Shown piece after piece: positions 30,919 through 45,047 of a DNA stretch of 64,000 bases (position 1 is its first letter; each line of letters begins with the position of its first letter). This DNA comes from Candidatus Eiseniibacteriota bacterium (GTDB lineage Bacteria > Eisenbacteria > RBG-16-71-46): NCBI GenBank assembly GCA_963725865.1, contig CAVSAC010000012.1:608001-672000 (forward strand), given 5' to 3'. Made by a program: the position numbers and the translations under genes. Under the pieces are notes generated by a model. It worked only from the letters and a program-made list of their open reading frames with translations, made no database searches and was not told the DNA's origin.

Positions 30919-31785
30919 TCACGACGGCGGGTTGGTGCTCCAGTCGTAGAAGCCGCGCCCACTCTTGCGACCGAAGCGGCCCGCCAGCACCATCCGCTTG
31001 AGCAGTGGCGGCGGCGCAAAGCGCGCCTCCTTGAACTCGTCGAACATGATCTCGGCGATCGCGTACGTGGTGTCGAGGCCCACGTAGTCGGTCAGCAGCA
31101 GCGGTCCCATCGGGTAGCCGCAGCCGAGCTTCATGGCGTTGTCGATGTCGTCGCGGCTCGCCAGCCCCTGCTCGAACACGCGCATCGCGTCGAGCATGTA
31201 GGGCACCAGCAGGCGGTTCACCACGAACCCCGTCGAATCGCCGGTGCTCACGACCGTCTTGCCGATCGCGGCGCACCACGCGTTCGCGTCCGCGATCACC
31301 GCGTCGTCGGTGCGCAGCGTGCGCACCACCTCGACCAGCTTCATGAGCTGGACCGGGTTGAAGAAGTGAAGCCCGATCACGCGCTCGGGACGCTTCGTGA
31401 ACGTGCTCATCTCGGTCACCGAGAGGCTCGAGGTGTTGCTCGCGAAGATCGCGCCGCTCTTGCAGATCCCATCGAGCGCGCCGAGCAGCTCGCGCTTGAG
31501 CGCCAGGTTCTCGCTCGCGGCCTCGACCACCAGGTCGCAGTCCGCGAGGTCCTTCAGCTCGACCGTGCCCTTCAGGTTCGCGAGGGTCTTGTCCATCGCC
31601 TCCTGCGGGATCTTGGCCTTCTCGACCAGCATGCCGAGCGACTTCTTGATCATCCCCAGGCCCTTCTCGAGGGCGTTCTGGGACACCTCGCGCACGACGG
31701 TGGGGAATCCGGCCTGCGCGCTGACCTGCGCAATGCCGTGGCCCATCAGGCCGCAGCCCACCACGCCGACCTTCTGGATCGCCAT
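30919..31785 (-). CDS. hbd: 3-hydroxybutyryl-CoA dehydrogenase
   Basis: GCGLMGHGIA, ASNTSS, GLHFFNP, GFVVNR, PMGP, GRKSGRGFY. Confidence 0.95.
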   Translation of the reverse strand: MAIQKVGVVGCGLMGHGIAQVSAQAGFPTVVREVSQNALEKGLGMIKKSLGMLVEKAKIPQEAMDKTLANLKGTVELKDLADCDLVVEAASENLALKRELLGALDGICKSGAIFASNTSSLSVTEMSTFTKRPERVIGLHFFNPVQLMKLVEVVRTLRTDDAVIADANAWCAAIGKTVVSTGDSTGFVVNRLLVPYMLDAMRVFEQGLASRDDIDNAMKLGCGYPMGPLLLTDYVGLDTTYAIAEIMFDEFKEARFAPPPLLKRMVLAGRFGRKSGRGFYDWSTNPPS

Positions 31786-31849
31786 GGAACGAAACCTCCT
31801 CGGGACGCTCGGGGAACCACGCGGCCGCGCCGCACTCGAATGGCGCGGC

Positions 31850-31878
31850 AGTCTACGGGAGGGGGCAGGGAGCGACAA
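31850..31878 (-). promoter_or_regulatory. Sigma70-type promoter of hbd-proC operon
   Basis: TTGTCG-17 bp-TAGACT on minus strand. Confidence 0.6.
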
Positions 31879-32008
31879 GGCGCGGCGCTCGTCCTGTGGC
31901 GCTCGTCCCTCGAAGCGCCCCGGCGGTTCGTTCGGCGCTGGACAGCGGCCCCGGCCACGGGCAGAGTGCCCGCGCTCCCACGTCACCAGCCCGCATCCCG
32001 GAGACGCC

Positions 32009-32548
32009 ATGTCCACGTCCACCGCCCGCATCGAGCGCCCGGCCGCCGACGAGTTCCTGCCCTACTACGGGAAGTACATCGCCCTGGTGCCCGGTGACGA
32101 CGCACGCCCGGCGCTCGCCGACCAGATCGAGGTCTCGATGCGCCTGCTCACCCCGCTCGGCGAGGCGCAGGCGGCACACCGTTACGCTGCCGGGAAGTGG
32201 AGCATCAAGCAGGTGGTCGGCCACGTCAGCGACGCCGAGCGCGTGTTCGGCTATCGCGCCCTGCGCTTCGCGCGGCGCGACGCGACGCCGCTGCCCGGCT
32301 TCGACGAGAACGCGTACGTCGCCGGTGCCAACTTCGACTCGCGCACGCTCGCGTCGCTGCTCGCCGAGTGGCGCGCCGTGCGGGCGTCCTCGCTGGCGCT
32401 GTTCGCGAGCCTCGACGCCGCCGACATGACGCGGGTCGGCACCGCGAACGGGGCCGCAGCGAGCGTGCGCGCGCTGGCGTGGATCATCGCCGGTCACGAG
32501 CTGCACCACGTGGGGCTGCTGCGCGAGCGCTACGGGGTGCAGGGATGA
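32009..32548 (+). CDS. DinB/YfiT family protein
   Basis: RYAAGKWSIKQVVGH, DAER, PGFDEN, GHELHH. Confidence 0.92.
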   Translation: MSTSTARIERPAADEFLPYYGKYIALVPGDDARPALADQIEVSMRLLTPLGEAQAAHRYAAGKWSIKQVVGHVSDAERVFGYRALRFARRDATPLPGFDENAYVAGANFDSRTLASLLAEWRAVRASSLALFASLDAADMTRVGTANGAAASVRALAWIIAGHELHHVGLLRERYGVQG

Positions 32549-33390
32549 GCGCGCGCCGCACACGGTCGTCGCTGGCCCGCATCGCGGTGGCGAGCGCGGC
32601 GCTGCTCGCGGGCTGCGTGGTGGCTGCCGCCGGCGCTCCGTCCGCGCCGCGGTCCACCCCGCACGCGCGCCCGGTGCCCGCCGCGAAGGCGGCTCCGGCG
32701 CCGGCGTCTGCCGACGCGCCGTCGGGATTGCCGCCGGGTGCGCCGCCGATGGACCGCTACCAGTTCGGCCTGCTGGTGCGCGGAGCGGCGTGGACGCCCG
32801 AGCGCAACGCGCACAGCGACAGCATCCAGGCCGGCCACATGGCGAACATCAAGCGCATGTGGGAACTGGGCAAGCTGGTGGCCGCGGGCCCGTTCCTCGA
32901 TGACGGCGACCTGCGCGGCATCTTCATCTTCAAGGCCGACTCGATCGGCGAGGCGCGCGCGCTCGCGGCCGCCGATCCGGCGATCGCCGCCGGACGGCTG
33001 CGGCTCGATCTGTGGGACTGGTTCGCGCCCGCCGGCATCGGCGAGCCCTATCGCGAGCGGGCGGGACAGGCGGGCTTCCGAGACAGCATGGTGAGCGCGG
33101 TGTTCGGCTTCCTCGACCAGGTGCCGGGCGGCACCGCGGCCGCGGGGCCCGACGTCGAGCGCGACAACCTCGCGCACGTGCAGCGCATCTTCGCCGGGCT
33201 GCGCGAGGGCGTGCTGATTGCCGCCGGACCGCTCGATGGCGCCGGGGACCACGCGGGTGTGTTCGTGTGCCGGCCCGGCCTGAGCGTCGAGGCGGCACGC
33301 GCGTGGTGGGCGGACGACCCGCACGTCAAGAGCGGCCGCCTCACGGCCGACCTGCATCCGTGGATGTACGCCGACGGGACGTTCCGCTAG
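32545..33390 (+). CDS. Exported protein with two YCII-like domains
   Basis: Signal peptide; two copies of H...G.L.AAGP...G.F....DP....G. Confidence 0.8.
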   Translation: MSARRTRSSLARIAVASAALLAGCVVAAAGAPSAPRSTPHARPVPAAKAAPAPASADAPSGLPPGAPPMDRYQFGLLVRGAAWTPERNAHSDSIQAGHMANIKRMWELGKLVAAGPFLDDGDLRGIFIFKADSIGEARALAAADPAIAAGRLRLDLWDWFAPAGIGEPYRERAGQAGFRDSMVSAVFGFLDQVPGGTAAAGPDVERDNLAHVQRIFAGLREGVLIAAGPLDGAGDHAGVFVCRPGLSVEAARAWWADDPHVKSGRLTADLHPWMYADGTFR

Positions 33391-33516
33391 CCGCGCCGGC
33401 GCCGCGTTTCGCGTGCGCGCGCCATTTTCGCTAGAGTCCGCACGTCCCGCGCTCGCGCGGCCCCCCTGGAACGACGCGAACCCATCCACCGTGTCCGATC
33501 GAGAAGGAGCTTCGCC

Positions 33517-34734
33517 GTGTCCACGTCCGTGCTCGAGTCGCTCGTCATCGACAATCCCACCAGGATCGTGCTGCTGGTGCTCGACGGTCTGGGCGACCTG
33601 CCGAACCCGGGGAGGGGCGGCATGACGCCGCTCGAGGCCGCGCGCACTCCTCGGTTCGACGCGCTCGCGCCGACCGCGGCGCTCGGCCGGCTGCTGCCGG
33701 TGGCGCCCGGCATCACGCCCGGCAGCGGACCCGGGCACCTGGGACTGTTCGGCTACGACCCGGTCGAGACCTCGGTGGGCCGCGGCGTGCTGGAGGCGCT
33801 GGGCGCCGACCTCGAGCTGAAGCGCGGCGACGTCGCCGCGCGCGCGAACTTCTGCACCATCGACGCCGCCGGCGTGGTGACCGACCGTCGCGCGGGGCGC
33901 ATCCCGAGCGAGAAGTGCGCGGCGCTGGTCGCGAAGCTTCGCGAGCAGGTGGCGCGCATCGAGGACGTCGAGATCGTGCTGAAGGCGGGCAAGGGGCACC
34001 GCTTCGTCGCCGTGCTGCGGGGCCCGGGGCTCGCGGGCGAGGTGAGCGACGCCGATCCGCACAAGGAGGGCAAGCCCACGCCCGCGGCCCACGCGCTGGT
34101 GCCGAATCCGCAGGCCGAGAAGACGGCGCGCATCGTGAACCAGTTCATCCAGAAGGCCGCCGCGGTGCTGAAGGACGAGCTCCCCGCGAACGCCGCGCTC
34201 ATGCGCGGGCTGTCCGCGCGTCCGCACCTGCCGGGCTACCTCGAGCGATTCCGGCTGCGCGCGTGCGCGATCGCCTCGTACCCCATGTATCGCGGAGTCG
34301 CCCAGCTCGCCGGCATGAAGGTGCTGTCCACCGGCGAGACGCCCGGCGACGCGTTCAACACCGCGCGCGAGGCATGGAGCGAGCACGACTACTTCTTCAT
34401 CCACGTGAAGGGCACCGACATGGCGGGCGAGGACGGCGATTTCGACGCCAAGGTGCGCGTGATCGAGCAGGTCGACGCCGCGCTGCCGGCCCTGATGGCG
34501 CTCAAGCCCGACGTGCTCTGCGTCACCGGCGATCACTCCACGCCGGTGCCCATGAAGGGGCACTCCTGGCATCCGGTGCCCGCGATGGTGCTCGGGCCGT
34601 ACTGCGGCGCCGACGGCGCCGCGCGTTTCAACGAGAAGAACTGCCGCACCGGCAGCCTGAATGTCCTTGCCAGCAAGGACCTCATCGCGGTACTGCTTGC
34701 GAACGCCGGGCGTCTCGACAAGTACGGAGCCTGA
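33517..34734 (+). CDS. apgM: 2,3-bisphosphoglycerate-independent phosphoglycerate mutase, ApgM type
   Basis: LDGLGD, TPLEAARTP, PGSGPGH, GRGVLEA, RRAGR, HVKGTD, TGDHSTP, HSWHPVP. Confidence 0.95.
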   Translation: MSTSVLESLVIDNPTRIVLLVLDGLGDLPNPGRGGMTPLEAARTPRFDALAPTAALGRLLPVAPGITPGSGPGHLGLFGYDPVETSVGRGVLEALGADLELKRGDVAARANFCTIDAAGVVTDRRAGRIPSEKCAALVAKLREQVARIEDVEIVLKAGKGHRFVAVLRGPGLAGEVSDADPHKEGKPTPAAHALVPNPQAEKTARIVNQFIQKAAAVLKDELPANAALMRGLSARPHLPGYLERFRLRACAIASYPMYRGVAQLAGMKVLSTGETPGDAFNTAREAWSEHDYFFIHVKGTDMAGEDGDFDAKVRVIEQVDAALPALMALKPDVLCVTGDHSTPVPMKGHSWHPVPAMVLGPYCGADGAARFNEKNCRTGSLNVLASKDLIAVLLANAGRLDKYGA

Positions 34735-35931
34735 ATGAAGAGACGCATGCTGTACCTCGCCGCCGTGCTGGGCCTGCTGGCCGGCACGCGCCCGGCGCTC
34801 TCCCAGACCCCGTCTCCCATGGACCCGACGCTGTACTCGTTCCCGGGCAGCGTCACGGGGACCACCTCGGCCGCCTCGAGCGGGATCGCCGCGGCCGACC
34901 GCTGGCTGAGCGACGAGCCGTTCCTCAACCCCGCGATGCCGCCCACGCGCGGAGTCTCGCTGTCGCCGCTGCTCCAGCGCGTCAGCCGCCAGGACCTGCG
35001 GGCCGGCAACCGGCAGTTGGACGAGTCGCCGTCGTTCGACTTCTCGGGTGGCTGGGCCGCGTACGCGGTGCGGCGCATCACGGTCGCCGTCTATGGCTGG
35101 CAGCCGGTGCTGCGGCGCGAGGACCTCGCGTTCATCCGCGGCGAGGAGGGCACGCCTCCGGCGGTGATCGCCAGCATTTCGACCCAGCGCGAATCGCGCG
35201 CCGGCCTCGCGCTGGCGGTGCCGATCGGCACCCAGGTGCGGGCGGGCGTCGCGGGGGAGTGGACGCGCCGCGACGACGACTTCCAGTACACCGAGCGATC
35301 CGGCGACCCGGGCTCCGGGACGCGCGAGGCCACGCTGACCGGCGACGGGTTCGGATTCGCGCTCGGCGCGCGCGGCTTCTTCCCGGTGTTCGGCAGCCAC
35401 TCGCTGGAGGTGGGGGCGGCGTTCCACGCCATCCCCGCGCTCGACCTGACCGGGGATCAGACGCTGTCGCTGCTGACCGGCGACTCGACCGCGAGCTACG
35501 CGGTGCGGCGCGGCAGTGGCAGCGAGTACGGCGCCGCGGTGGCGATCAGCCTTTCGCCGGCGGTGCGCATGATGCTGCAGGCGGGCGGCCGCTCGGAGCT
35601 GGCGTACGACCCGGCGGCGGGCTCCGCGCCGGCGGTGGTCGGCTACACGCCGCCGTGGGGCGGTGCGACCGCCGGCGCCGCGTCGCAGTGGTCGCTCGGC
35701 TTCGAGTACGCCGAGCCGGACGTGCCCCTTCAAGTACGGGGCGGGTTCGGACAGGAGGTGCAGTCGGGGGTGCCCGAGCCACGCGCGGCCACTTACGCGA
35801 TCGGCTTCGGCTGGCGCATCGACCGGGACCTCACGCTCGACCTCGGCGCGATGCGCCGCGGATTCGAGCGGGCCGGCAAGGCGACATCCTACGACGATCG
35901 GGTGGTGGCGACGGTCGGAGTCCGGTTCTAG
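34735..35931 (+). CDS. Outer-membrane beta-barrel protein, possibly FadL/OmpP1-like
   Basis: Signal peptide; NPA near N-terminus; amphipathic strands; C-terminal Phe (VGVRF). Confidence 0.65.
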   Translation: MKRRMLYLAAVLGLLAGTRPALSQTPSPMDPTLYSFPGSVTGTTSAASSGIAAADRWLSDEPFLNPAMPPTRGVSLSPLLQRVSRQDLRAGNRQLDESPSFDFSGGWAAYAVRRITVAVYGWQPVLRREDLAFIRGEEGTPPAVIASISTQRESRAGLALAVPIGTQVRAGVAGEWTRRDDDFQYTERSGDPGSGTREATLTGDGFGFALGARGFFPVFGSHSLEVGAAFHAIPALDLTGDQTLSLLTGDSTASYAVRRGSGSEYGAAVAISLSPAVRMMLQAGGRSELAYDPAAGSAPAVVGYTPPWGGATAGAASQWSLGFEYAEPDVPLQVRGGFGQEVQSGVPEPRAATYAIGFGWRIDRDLTLDLGAMRRGFERAGKATSYDDRVVATVGVRF

Positions 35932-35989
35932 GGTGCGGACGGATGCCGGCCGGAGCGGTGGGCCGGGCCGCGGCGGTCGCGGACCCCTG

Positions 35990-35998
35990 TGCTATACT
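35990..35998 (+). promoter_or_regulatory. Extended -10 promoter upstream of tRNA-Leu-tig
   Basis: TGCTATACT. Confidence 0.55.
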
Positions 35999-36125
35999 GC
36001 CGCGCGTTTCTGACGACGCCATTCACGACCGCGCGGCCGCCGATTCCGGTGGCCGCTGGACTCTCGACACCCGGCGCGCGTCGCTGCGGCTCGATCCCAG
36101 CGGCGGCCGGGCGTCTCCGTGTGAT

Positions 36126-36207
36126 GCGAGAGTGGCGGAACTGGCAGACGCGCTGGATTTAGGTTCCAGTGAGGAGACTCGTGGGGGTTCGAGTCCCCCC
36201 TCTCGCA
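36126..36207 (+). tRNA. tRNA-Leu (anticodon TAG), CCA not encoded
   Basis: Acceptor GCGAGAG/CTCTCGC plus A; D-arm; anticodon arm CTGGA-TTTAGGT-TCCAG; long variable arm; GGTTCGAGTCC. Confidence 0.97.
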
Positions 36208-36256
36208 GATCTCCGACCCGAGCCGGCTCACCCAGGACAGGAGCACTCCCTTCCGC

Positions 36257-37558
36257 ATGAATCTATCGGTCCGCGCCACCGGTACGTGGCAACACACCCT
36301 CGACATCGAGGTCCCCGCCGACGAGGTGGAGCGGCAGCTGGAGGACGTCGCGCGCCAGATCCAGCGGCGTGCCGCCCTGCCCGGCTTCCGCAAGGGCAAG
36401 GCGCCGCTCGACATGGTGCGCCAGAACTTCGCTCCGACCATCGAGCAGGAGTTCCTCGAGACGGTCGTTCCGCGGGTCACCAACCAGGCGATCACCGAGT
36501 CCAAGCTGGTGCCGATCGTCCCCCCGCTGGTGCGCGAGCTGCGCTTCAGCCCCGGCCAGCCGCTGAAGTTCGCGGCGGTCGTCGATGTCCGGCCGGAAGT
36601 CGAGGCGAAGGACGTGAAGGGGCTCCCGGTGCGCCGCACCGTGCGTCCGATCGACGACGCGGCGGTGGAGCGGGTGCTGGCCGGGCTGCGCGAGGACTCC
36701 GCCATATTCGTGGACGTGGACGTCCCGGCGGAACGCGGGCACGTGGTGCTGATGGACTCGGTCAGGCTCGACGCCAACGGCCGCCGGCTGCCCAGCACCC
36801 GGCTCAAGGCCCGGCGGGTCGAGCTGGGCACCCAGGGGCTGTCCCCGGAGCTCGAGAACGCCCTGCTGGGCGCGACCGCCGGGGCAGAGCGGGTAGTGGA
36901 CATGAACTATCCCGCCGATCACCCGGCCCCGGAACTCGCGGGGAAGACAGTGCGTTACGCGCTGAACGTGCGGAAAATCCAGGCGAAGAACCTGCGGGAT
37001 CTGGACGATAACTTGGCTCGTGAGGTGTTCCAGCTTGGGTCGCTGGAGGAGCTGCGCACTCGGATCCGTCAGAACCTCGAGAGCGAGGAGCACACCCGCC
37101 AGATGCGCGAGTCGGAGGCGGCGCTGACGGACGAACTGGTGCGTCGGAATCCATTCGAACTCCCGGAGCGTCTGGTCGAGTGGATGCTGGACCGGGTGAT
37201 CACCGAGGCGACCGAAGGTCGCACGGTGAGGGACGAGCTGCGACGCGAGCTGGAGCAGCACTACCGCCCGGGTGTCGAGCGGTCGCTGCGCCGGGAGGTG
37301 CTGCTGGGGGCGATCGCCCGCGAGCGGAACCTCGCGGCGGATGACGAAGAGGTCGCACAGGAGATCGCACGCATGGCGCAGGCCGACCCGCGCCAGGCCG
37401 CCCGCGTCCGGGCGCGGTACCAGTCGGCCGACCGGCGCGAGGCGCTCCGCGACTCGCTGGTCGAGCGCAAGGCGATGGAGTGGCTGATGAGCCAGGCGGA
37501 CGTGAAGGACGAGCCGGCGACCGACGCATCGGCGCTGGCGACCCCCGCGGGCCGTTAG
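36257..37558 (+). CDS. tig: Trigger factor
   Basis: [13 protein letters not shown]-like YPADH..ELAGK; context. Confidence 0.95.
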   Translation: MNLSVRATGTWQHTLDIEVPADEVERQLEDVARQIQRRAALPGFRKGKAPLDMVRQNFAPTIEQEFLETVVPRVTNQAITESKLVPIVPPLVRELRFSPGQPLKFAAVVDVRPEVEAKDVKGLPVRRTVRPIDDAAVERVLAGLREDSAIFVDVDVPAERGHVVLMDSVRLDANGRRLPSTRLKARRVELGTQGLSPELENALLGATAGAERVVDMNYPADHPAPELAGKTVRYALNVRKIQAKNLRDLDDNLAREVFQLGSLEELRTRIRQNLESEEHTRQMRESEAALTDELVRRNPFELPERLVEWMLDRVITEATEGRTVRDELRRELEQHYRPGVERSLRREVLLGAIARERNLAADDEEVAQEIARMAQADPRQAARVRARYQSADRREALRDSLVERKAMEWLMSQADVKDEPATDASALATPAGR

Positions 37559-37589
37559 GATCGACGTTCGGGAAGGAGCCAGGGACCTT

Positions 37590-38174
37590 ATGGGCTACAT
37601 GCCCTTCGTCATCGAGCAGACGGGCCGCGGCGAGCGTTCGTACGACATCTTCTCGCGGTTGCTGAAGGACCGCATCATCTTCATCGGGACTCCGATCGAC
37701 GACACGGTCGCCAACCTGGTGATCGCGCAGATGATCTTCCTCGAGGGCGAGGATCCCGATCGCGACATCAACCTGTACATCCACAGCCCGGGCGGCATGG
37801 TCACGGCCGGCCTGGCGATCTACGACACCATGCAGTTCGTCAAGCCCGACGTCGCCACCCTGTGCATGGGCCAGGCCGCCAGCATGGGGGCGGTGCTGCT
37901 CGCCTCGGGGGCGAAGGGCAAGCGATCCTGTCTGCCGAACTCGCGCATCATGATCCACCAGCCGCTGGGCGGGACCCAGGGCCAGGTGACGGACATCGAG
38001 ATCTACACCCGCGAAGTCGTCAAGATGAAGGAGCAGTTGAACGGGATCCTCTCGAAGCACTCCGGGCGCACGCTGGAGCAGCTCGAGAAGGACACCGACC
38101 GCAACAATTTCATGTCCGCCGAGGAGGCGAAGTCGTACGGTCTGATCGACGAGATCATCGAGAAGCGCCGCTGA
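37590..38174 (+). CDS. clpP: Clp protease proteolytic subunit
   Basis: [30 protein letters not shown]. Confidence 0.98.
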   Translation: MGYMPFVIEQTGRGERSYDIFSRLLKDRIIFIGTPIDDTVANLVIAQMIFLEGEDPDRDINLYIHSPGGMVTAGLAIYDTMQFVKPDVATLCMGQAASMGAVLLASGAKGKRSCLPNSRIMIHQPLGGTQGQVTDIEIYTREVVKMKEQLNGILSKHSGRTLEQLEKDTDRNNFMSAEEAKSYGLIDEIIEKRR

Positions 38175-38196
38175 TGTCCCCCACCGCGGGAGTGTC

Positions 38197-39451
<1,255 letters not shown>

Positions 39452-39453
<2 letters not shown>

Positions 39454-39582
39454 GCGAGGCCGTCCGGGGGCGACCCATCTGCTGCGTTGGCGGGCCGGCC
39501 GCGGTCTGCGGAGTGTCCCAGGGGGACACGCCTCGACCGCGGCCGGCCCGCCGCCTTGCATCTGGGCCACCCGCGGCCGCCT
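39452..39582. repeat. Long imperfect inverted repeat between clpX and lon
   Basis: Perfect 18-bp arms 39489-39506/39535-39552; apical 7-bp stem 39513-39519/39523-39529; further short outer helices. Confidence 0.75.
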
Positions 39583-39801
39583 GATCGGGCACGGCGCGTT
39601 GGGCGAGGGGGCGCGGCACTGCGTGCGCGCCCTTCGCCAGGCGGAAACGACCGATGGGCGGGGGGCCGCGGCGCTTCGCGCGCGGCCTGCGTCAGGCGGT
39701 GGGGCTGAACGGATACTTTACGAGTCTGCTAGGTTCCGGACGTATCTCATCTGACACCGACGGGGAGCACTCCCCGACCCCGATAGACGAAGGAGCATGT
39801 C

Positions 39802-42336
<2,535 letters not shown>

Positions 42337-42373
42337 GGCCGGCGACGGACCACGCCGCGCGGTGGGCCGCGCG

Positions 42374-43537
42374 GTGACGGCGCCCGCGGCGCGCACCGCG
42401 GGCCGCGGGCGGCTGTTCACACCCGGTCCGGTCGAGATCCCCGCGCGCATCCTGCGCGCGCTCTCGCAGGTGCAGCCCCACCACCGCACCGACGGCTTCC
42501 GCGCGACCTACCTGCGGACCACGGAGGCGCTGCGCGCGCTGCACGGAACCGCGGGCGAGGTGTTCATGCTCGCAGCCTCGGGCACCGGCGCGATGGAGGC
42601 CGCGGTCGTGAACCTGCTGGCCCCGGGCGAGCGGGCGCTCGCGGTGGTCGGCGGCAAGTTCGGCGAGCGCTGGGCCGAGCTGCTGAAGGCGTACGGGGTG
42701 CCGCACACGCTGCTGGCGGCACCGTGGGGCGATGCCCTCGCGCCCGAATCCCTGGCGCGGGCGCTCGCGGCCGAGCCGGGCATCACCACCGTGTTCGCCA
42801 CCCATAGCGAGACCTCGACCGGCGCGTTGTTCGACATCGCGGGCTTCGCACAGATCACGCGGCCGCGCGGGACGCGGCTGGTGGTGGACGCGATCACCAG
42901 CGTCGGCGTCCACCCGCTGCCGCAGGACGCGTGGGGCGTGGACGTGGTGGTGTGCGGCTCGCAGAAGGGCCTGATGCTGCCGCCGGGACTCGCCACGCTG
43001 AGCCTGGCGCCGTGGGCGCACGACGCCATCGACGGCGCGCGGCTGCCGCGCTTCTACTTCGACCTGCGGAAGGCGCGCCAGGCGCTCGCGACCGGCGAGT
43101 CGCCGTTCACGCCCGCGATCAACCTGGTGCTCGCGCTCGAGGAGGCGCTCGCGATGGTCGCCGAGGAGGGCCTGGACGCGGTCCACGCCCGCCATCGCCG
43201 CCTCGCGCACGCGGTGCGCGCCGGCGCGCGGGCGGCCGGCTACGCGCTGTTCTCCTCCGCGCCGTCGCACGCGGTCACGGCGCTGACGCCGCCGGCCGGG
43301 GTGGACGCCACCGCGGTCGTGAAGCGCCTGCGCGAGACCCACGGCATGGTGGTCGCCGGCGGCCAGGACCAGCTCAAGGGTCGCATCGTGCGCGTGGGGC
43401 ACATGGGCGCGTACACGCTGGACGACATGACCGACGTCGCCGAGGCGCTGGCCGAGAGCTGCGGCGCGCTGGGCGGCGCTCCGATCGCGGCGGGCACCGC
43501 CGCATCCGCCGCGCGCACGGCCTGGGATCAGGCGTAG
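42374..43537 (+). CDS. Class V aminotransferase (alanine-glyoxylate/serine-pyruvate type)
   Basis: TPGP, HHR, SGTGAME, HSETSTG, VDAITS, GSQKG, RVGHMG; start may be 42362. Confidence 0.92.
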   Translation: MTAPAARTAGRGRLFTPGPVEIPARILRALSQVQPHHRTDGFRATYLRTTEALRALHGTAGEVFMLAASGTGAMEAAVVNLLAPGERALAVVGGKFGERWAELLKAYGVPHTLLAAPWGDALAPESLARALAAEPGITTVFATHSETSTGALFDIAGFAQITRPRGTRLVVDAITSVGVHPLPQDAWGVDVVVCGSQKGLMLPPGLATLSLAPWAHDAIDGARLPRFYFDLRKARQALATGESPFTPAINLVLALEEALAMVAEEGLDAVHARHRRLAHAVRAGARAAGYALFSSAPSHAVTALTPPAGVDATAVVKRLRETHGMVVAGGQDQLKGRIVRVGHMGAYTLDDMTDVAEALAESCGALGGAPIAAGTAASAARTAWDQA

Positions 43538-43580
43538 CGGCGCGACCGGCGGCGCGCCCAATCCTCCGGAGATCCCACCC

Positions 43581-44033
43581 ATGCGCCTCTACGTCGACGC
43601 CGACGCGTGCCCGGTGAAGCCCGAGGTCGAGCGCGTCGCCCGCCGACTGGGTGTCGGCGTGACCTTCGTCGCGGGCGCTTCGATGCGCGTTCCCACCGGC
43701 ACGGACGTCGTGCTCGAGGTCGTCGGCGGGGGATTCGATGCCGCCGATGACTGGATCGCCGCGCACGCCGGGCCCGGCGACATCGTGATCACCGCGGACG
43801 TCCCGCTCGCCGCGCGCTGCGTCGCGAGCGGAGCGGCGGTGCTCGCGCCGACGGGCCGCGCGTTCACCGAGGCCAACGTCGGCGATGCCCTCGCGACCCG
43901 CGACCTGCTCGCCGAGATGCGCGGCGCGGGGATGGAGTCGGGCGGGCCGGCGCCGTTCGAGGCCCGCGACCGTTCGCGGTTCCTGCAGGCGCTCGATCGC
44001 GCGATCCACGCGCAGCGGCGGGCTCGCGGTTGA
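43581..44033 (+). CDS. YaiI/YqxD (UPF0178) family protein
   Basis: YVDADACPVK, DAADDWI, ITADVPLA, GGPAPF. Confidence 0.95.
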   Translation: MRLYVDADACPVKPEVERVARRLGVGVTFVAGASMRVPTGTDVVLEVVGGGFDAADDWIAAHAGPGDIVITADVPLAARCVASGAAVLAPTGRAFTEANVGDALATRDLLAEMRGAGMESGGPAPFEARDRSRFLQALDRAIHAQRRARG

Positions 44034-44051
44034 TCCAGGCCGCCCGCGGCG

Positions 44052-44849
44052 TCAGCCGCGCGTGCGATCCAGCGCCGCGATCGCGTGCCGCCGCGCCTCG
44101 CGCGGCGGCATCCCCAGCTCGCGGCGGAACAGCGAGGTGAGGTGGGCGTGGCTGGCGAAGCCGTATTCCGCGGCGATGTCCGCGAGCGTGCGATCCGGGT
44201 CGAGCATCGCGGCGAGCGCGTGACGCACGCGCAATCGCTGCTGGTGGCGGTGCACCGAGACGCCGTGCACCTCGCGGAACGCGCGGCAGAGCGCGAACAC
44301 CGAGACTCCGTGCGGCGCCGCGAGCGTCGCCAGCGACAGTCGCTCGTCGAAGCGCATCGCCACCTCGTGGGCGACCGCCTCGGCGAGCCGCACGGCGCGT
44401 GCGCTGGCCGCGCGGCGCGGAGTCGCCGCCGCGTCGAGCGCCCCGACCACGGCCTCCTCGATCTCGAGCGAGTCGACCGGCCGGCGCGCGGCCAGCGCCC
44501 GCGCCAGCGCCCGCAGGCGCACGTACGCCGCGTTCGAGGTCGCTCGCGCCGGCGGGCCGTCGGCCAGCGCGGCCGCCACGCGGCCGCCGACCGCGAGGCA
44601 CACGTCGCCGCAGCCCTCGGGGTGGCGGATGCAGAACGGCTCGCCGGGCCGCAGGAACAGCGCCCGCGCCGGATCGGCCACCTGTCGGCCCGCGCGCCGG
44701 TGCACGGCGAAGCGGCCGTTGAGCACGAACCACACGTGAGGGCCGTCGACCCCCTCGTCGACCGGGCGGCCGTCGACTCCGTCGCACGCGACGAGTCGGG
44801 CGGAAAGGTGGTCCGAGCGCACCTCGCTCAAGTAGGAGAACCGCGGCAT
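44052..44849 (-). CDS. AraC family transcriptional regulator
   Basis: LATLAA..SVFALCRAF and LADIAAEYGFASHAHLTSLFRRELGMPP. Confidence 0.93.
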   Translation of the reverse strand: MPRFSYLSEVRSDHLSARLVACDGVDGRPVDEGVDGPHVWFVLNGRFAVHRRAGRQVADPARALFLRPGEPFCIRHPEGCGDVCLAVGGRVAAALADGPPARATSNAAYVRLRALARALAARRPVDSLEIEEAVVGALDAAATPRRAASARAVRLAEAVAHEVAMRFDERLSLATLAAPHGVSVFALCRAFREVHGVSVHRHQQRLRVRHALAAMLDPDRTLADIAAEYGFASHAHLTSLFRRELGMPPREARRHAIAALDRTRG

Positions 44850-45047
44850 GCGTGGAACTCTAGCGCAGCGCGCGGCCGCAAGAACATGGAAGCCTGCGGA
44901 GGCCGTCCGCGACTAGGCTCCGCGCATCGATCCTCCGGCGGTGCCCGCCGGGCCGGCCGCCGGCGGGTCGGCAAGGCGCGGGCGCGCCGGGAAGCGACGG
45001 GCGCGGCGCCCATCGATCCCAGCCCAGGCCGGACGTTGGAGACGAAC

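Noticed and set aside
36126..36260. tRNA-Leu as an integration site
   Set aside because: Followed directly by tig; no duplicated 3' end or integrase seen
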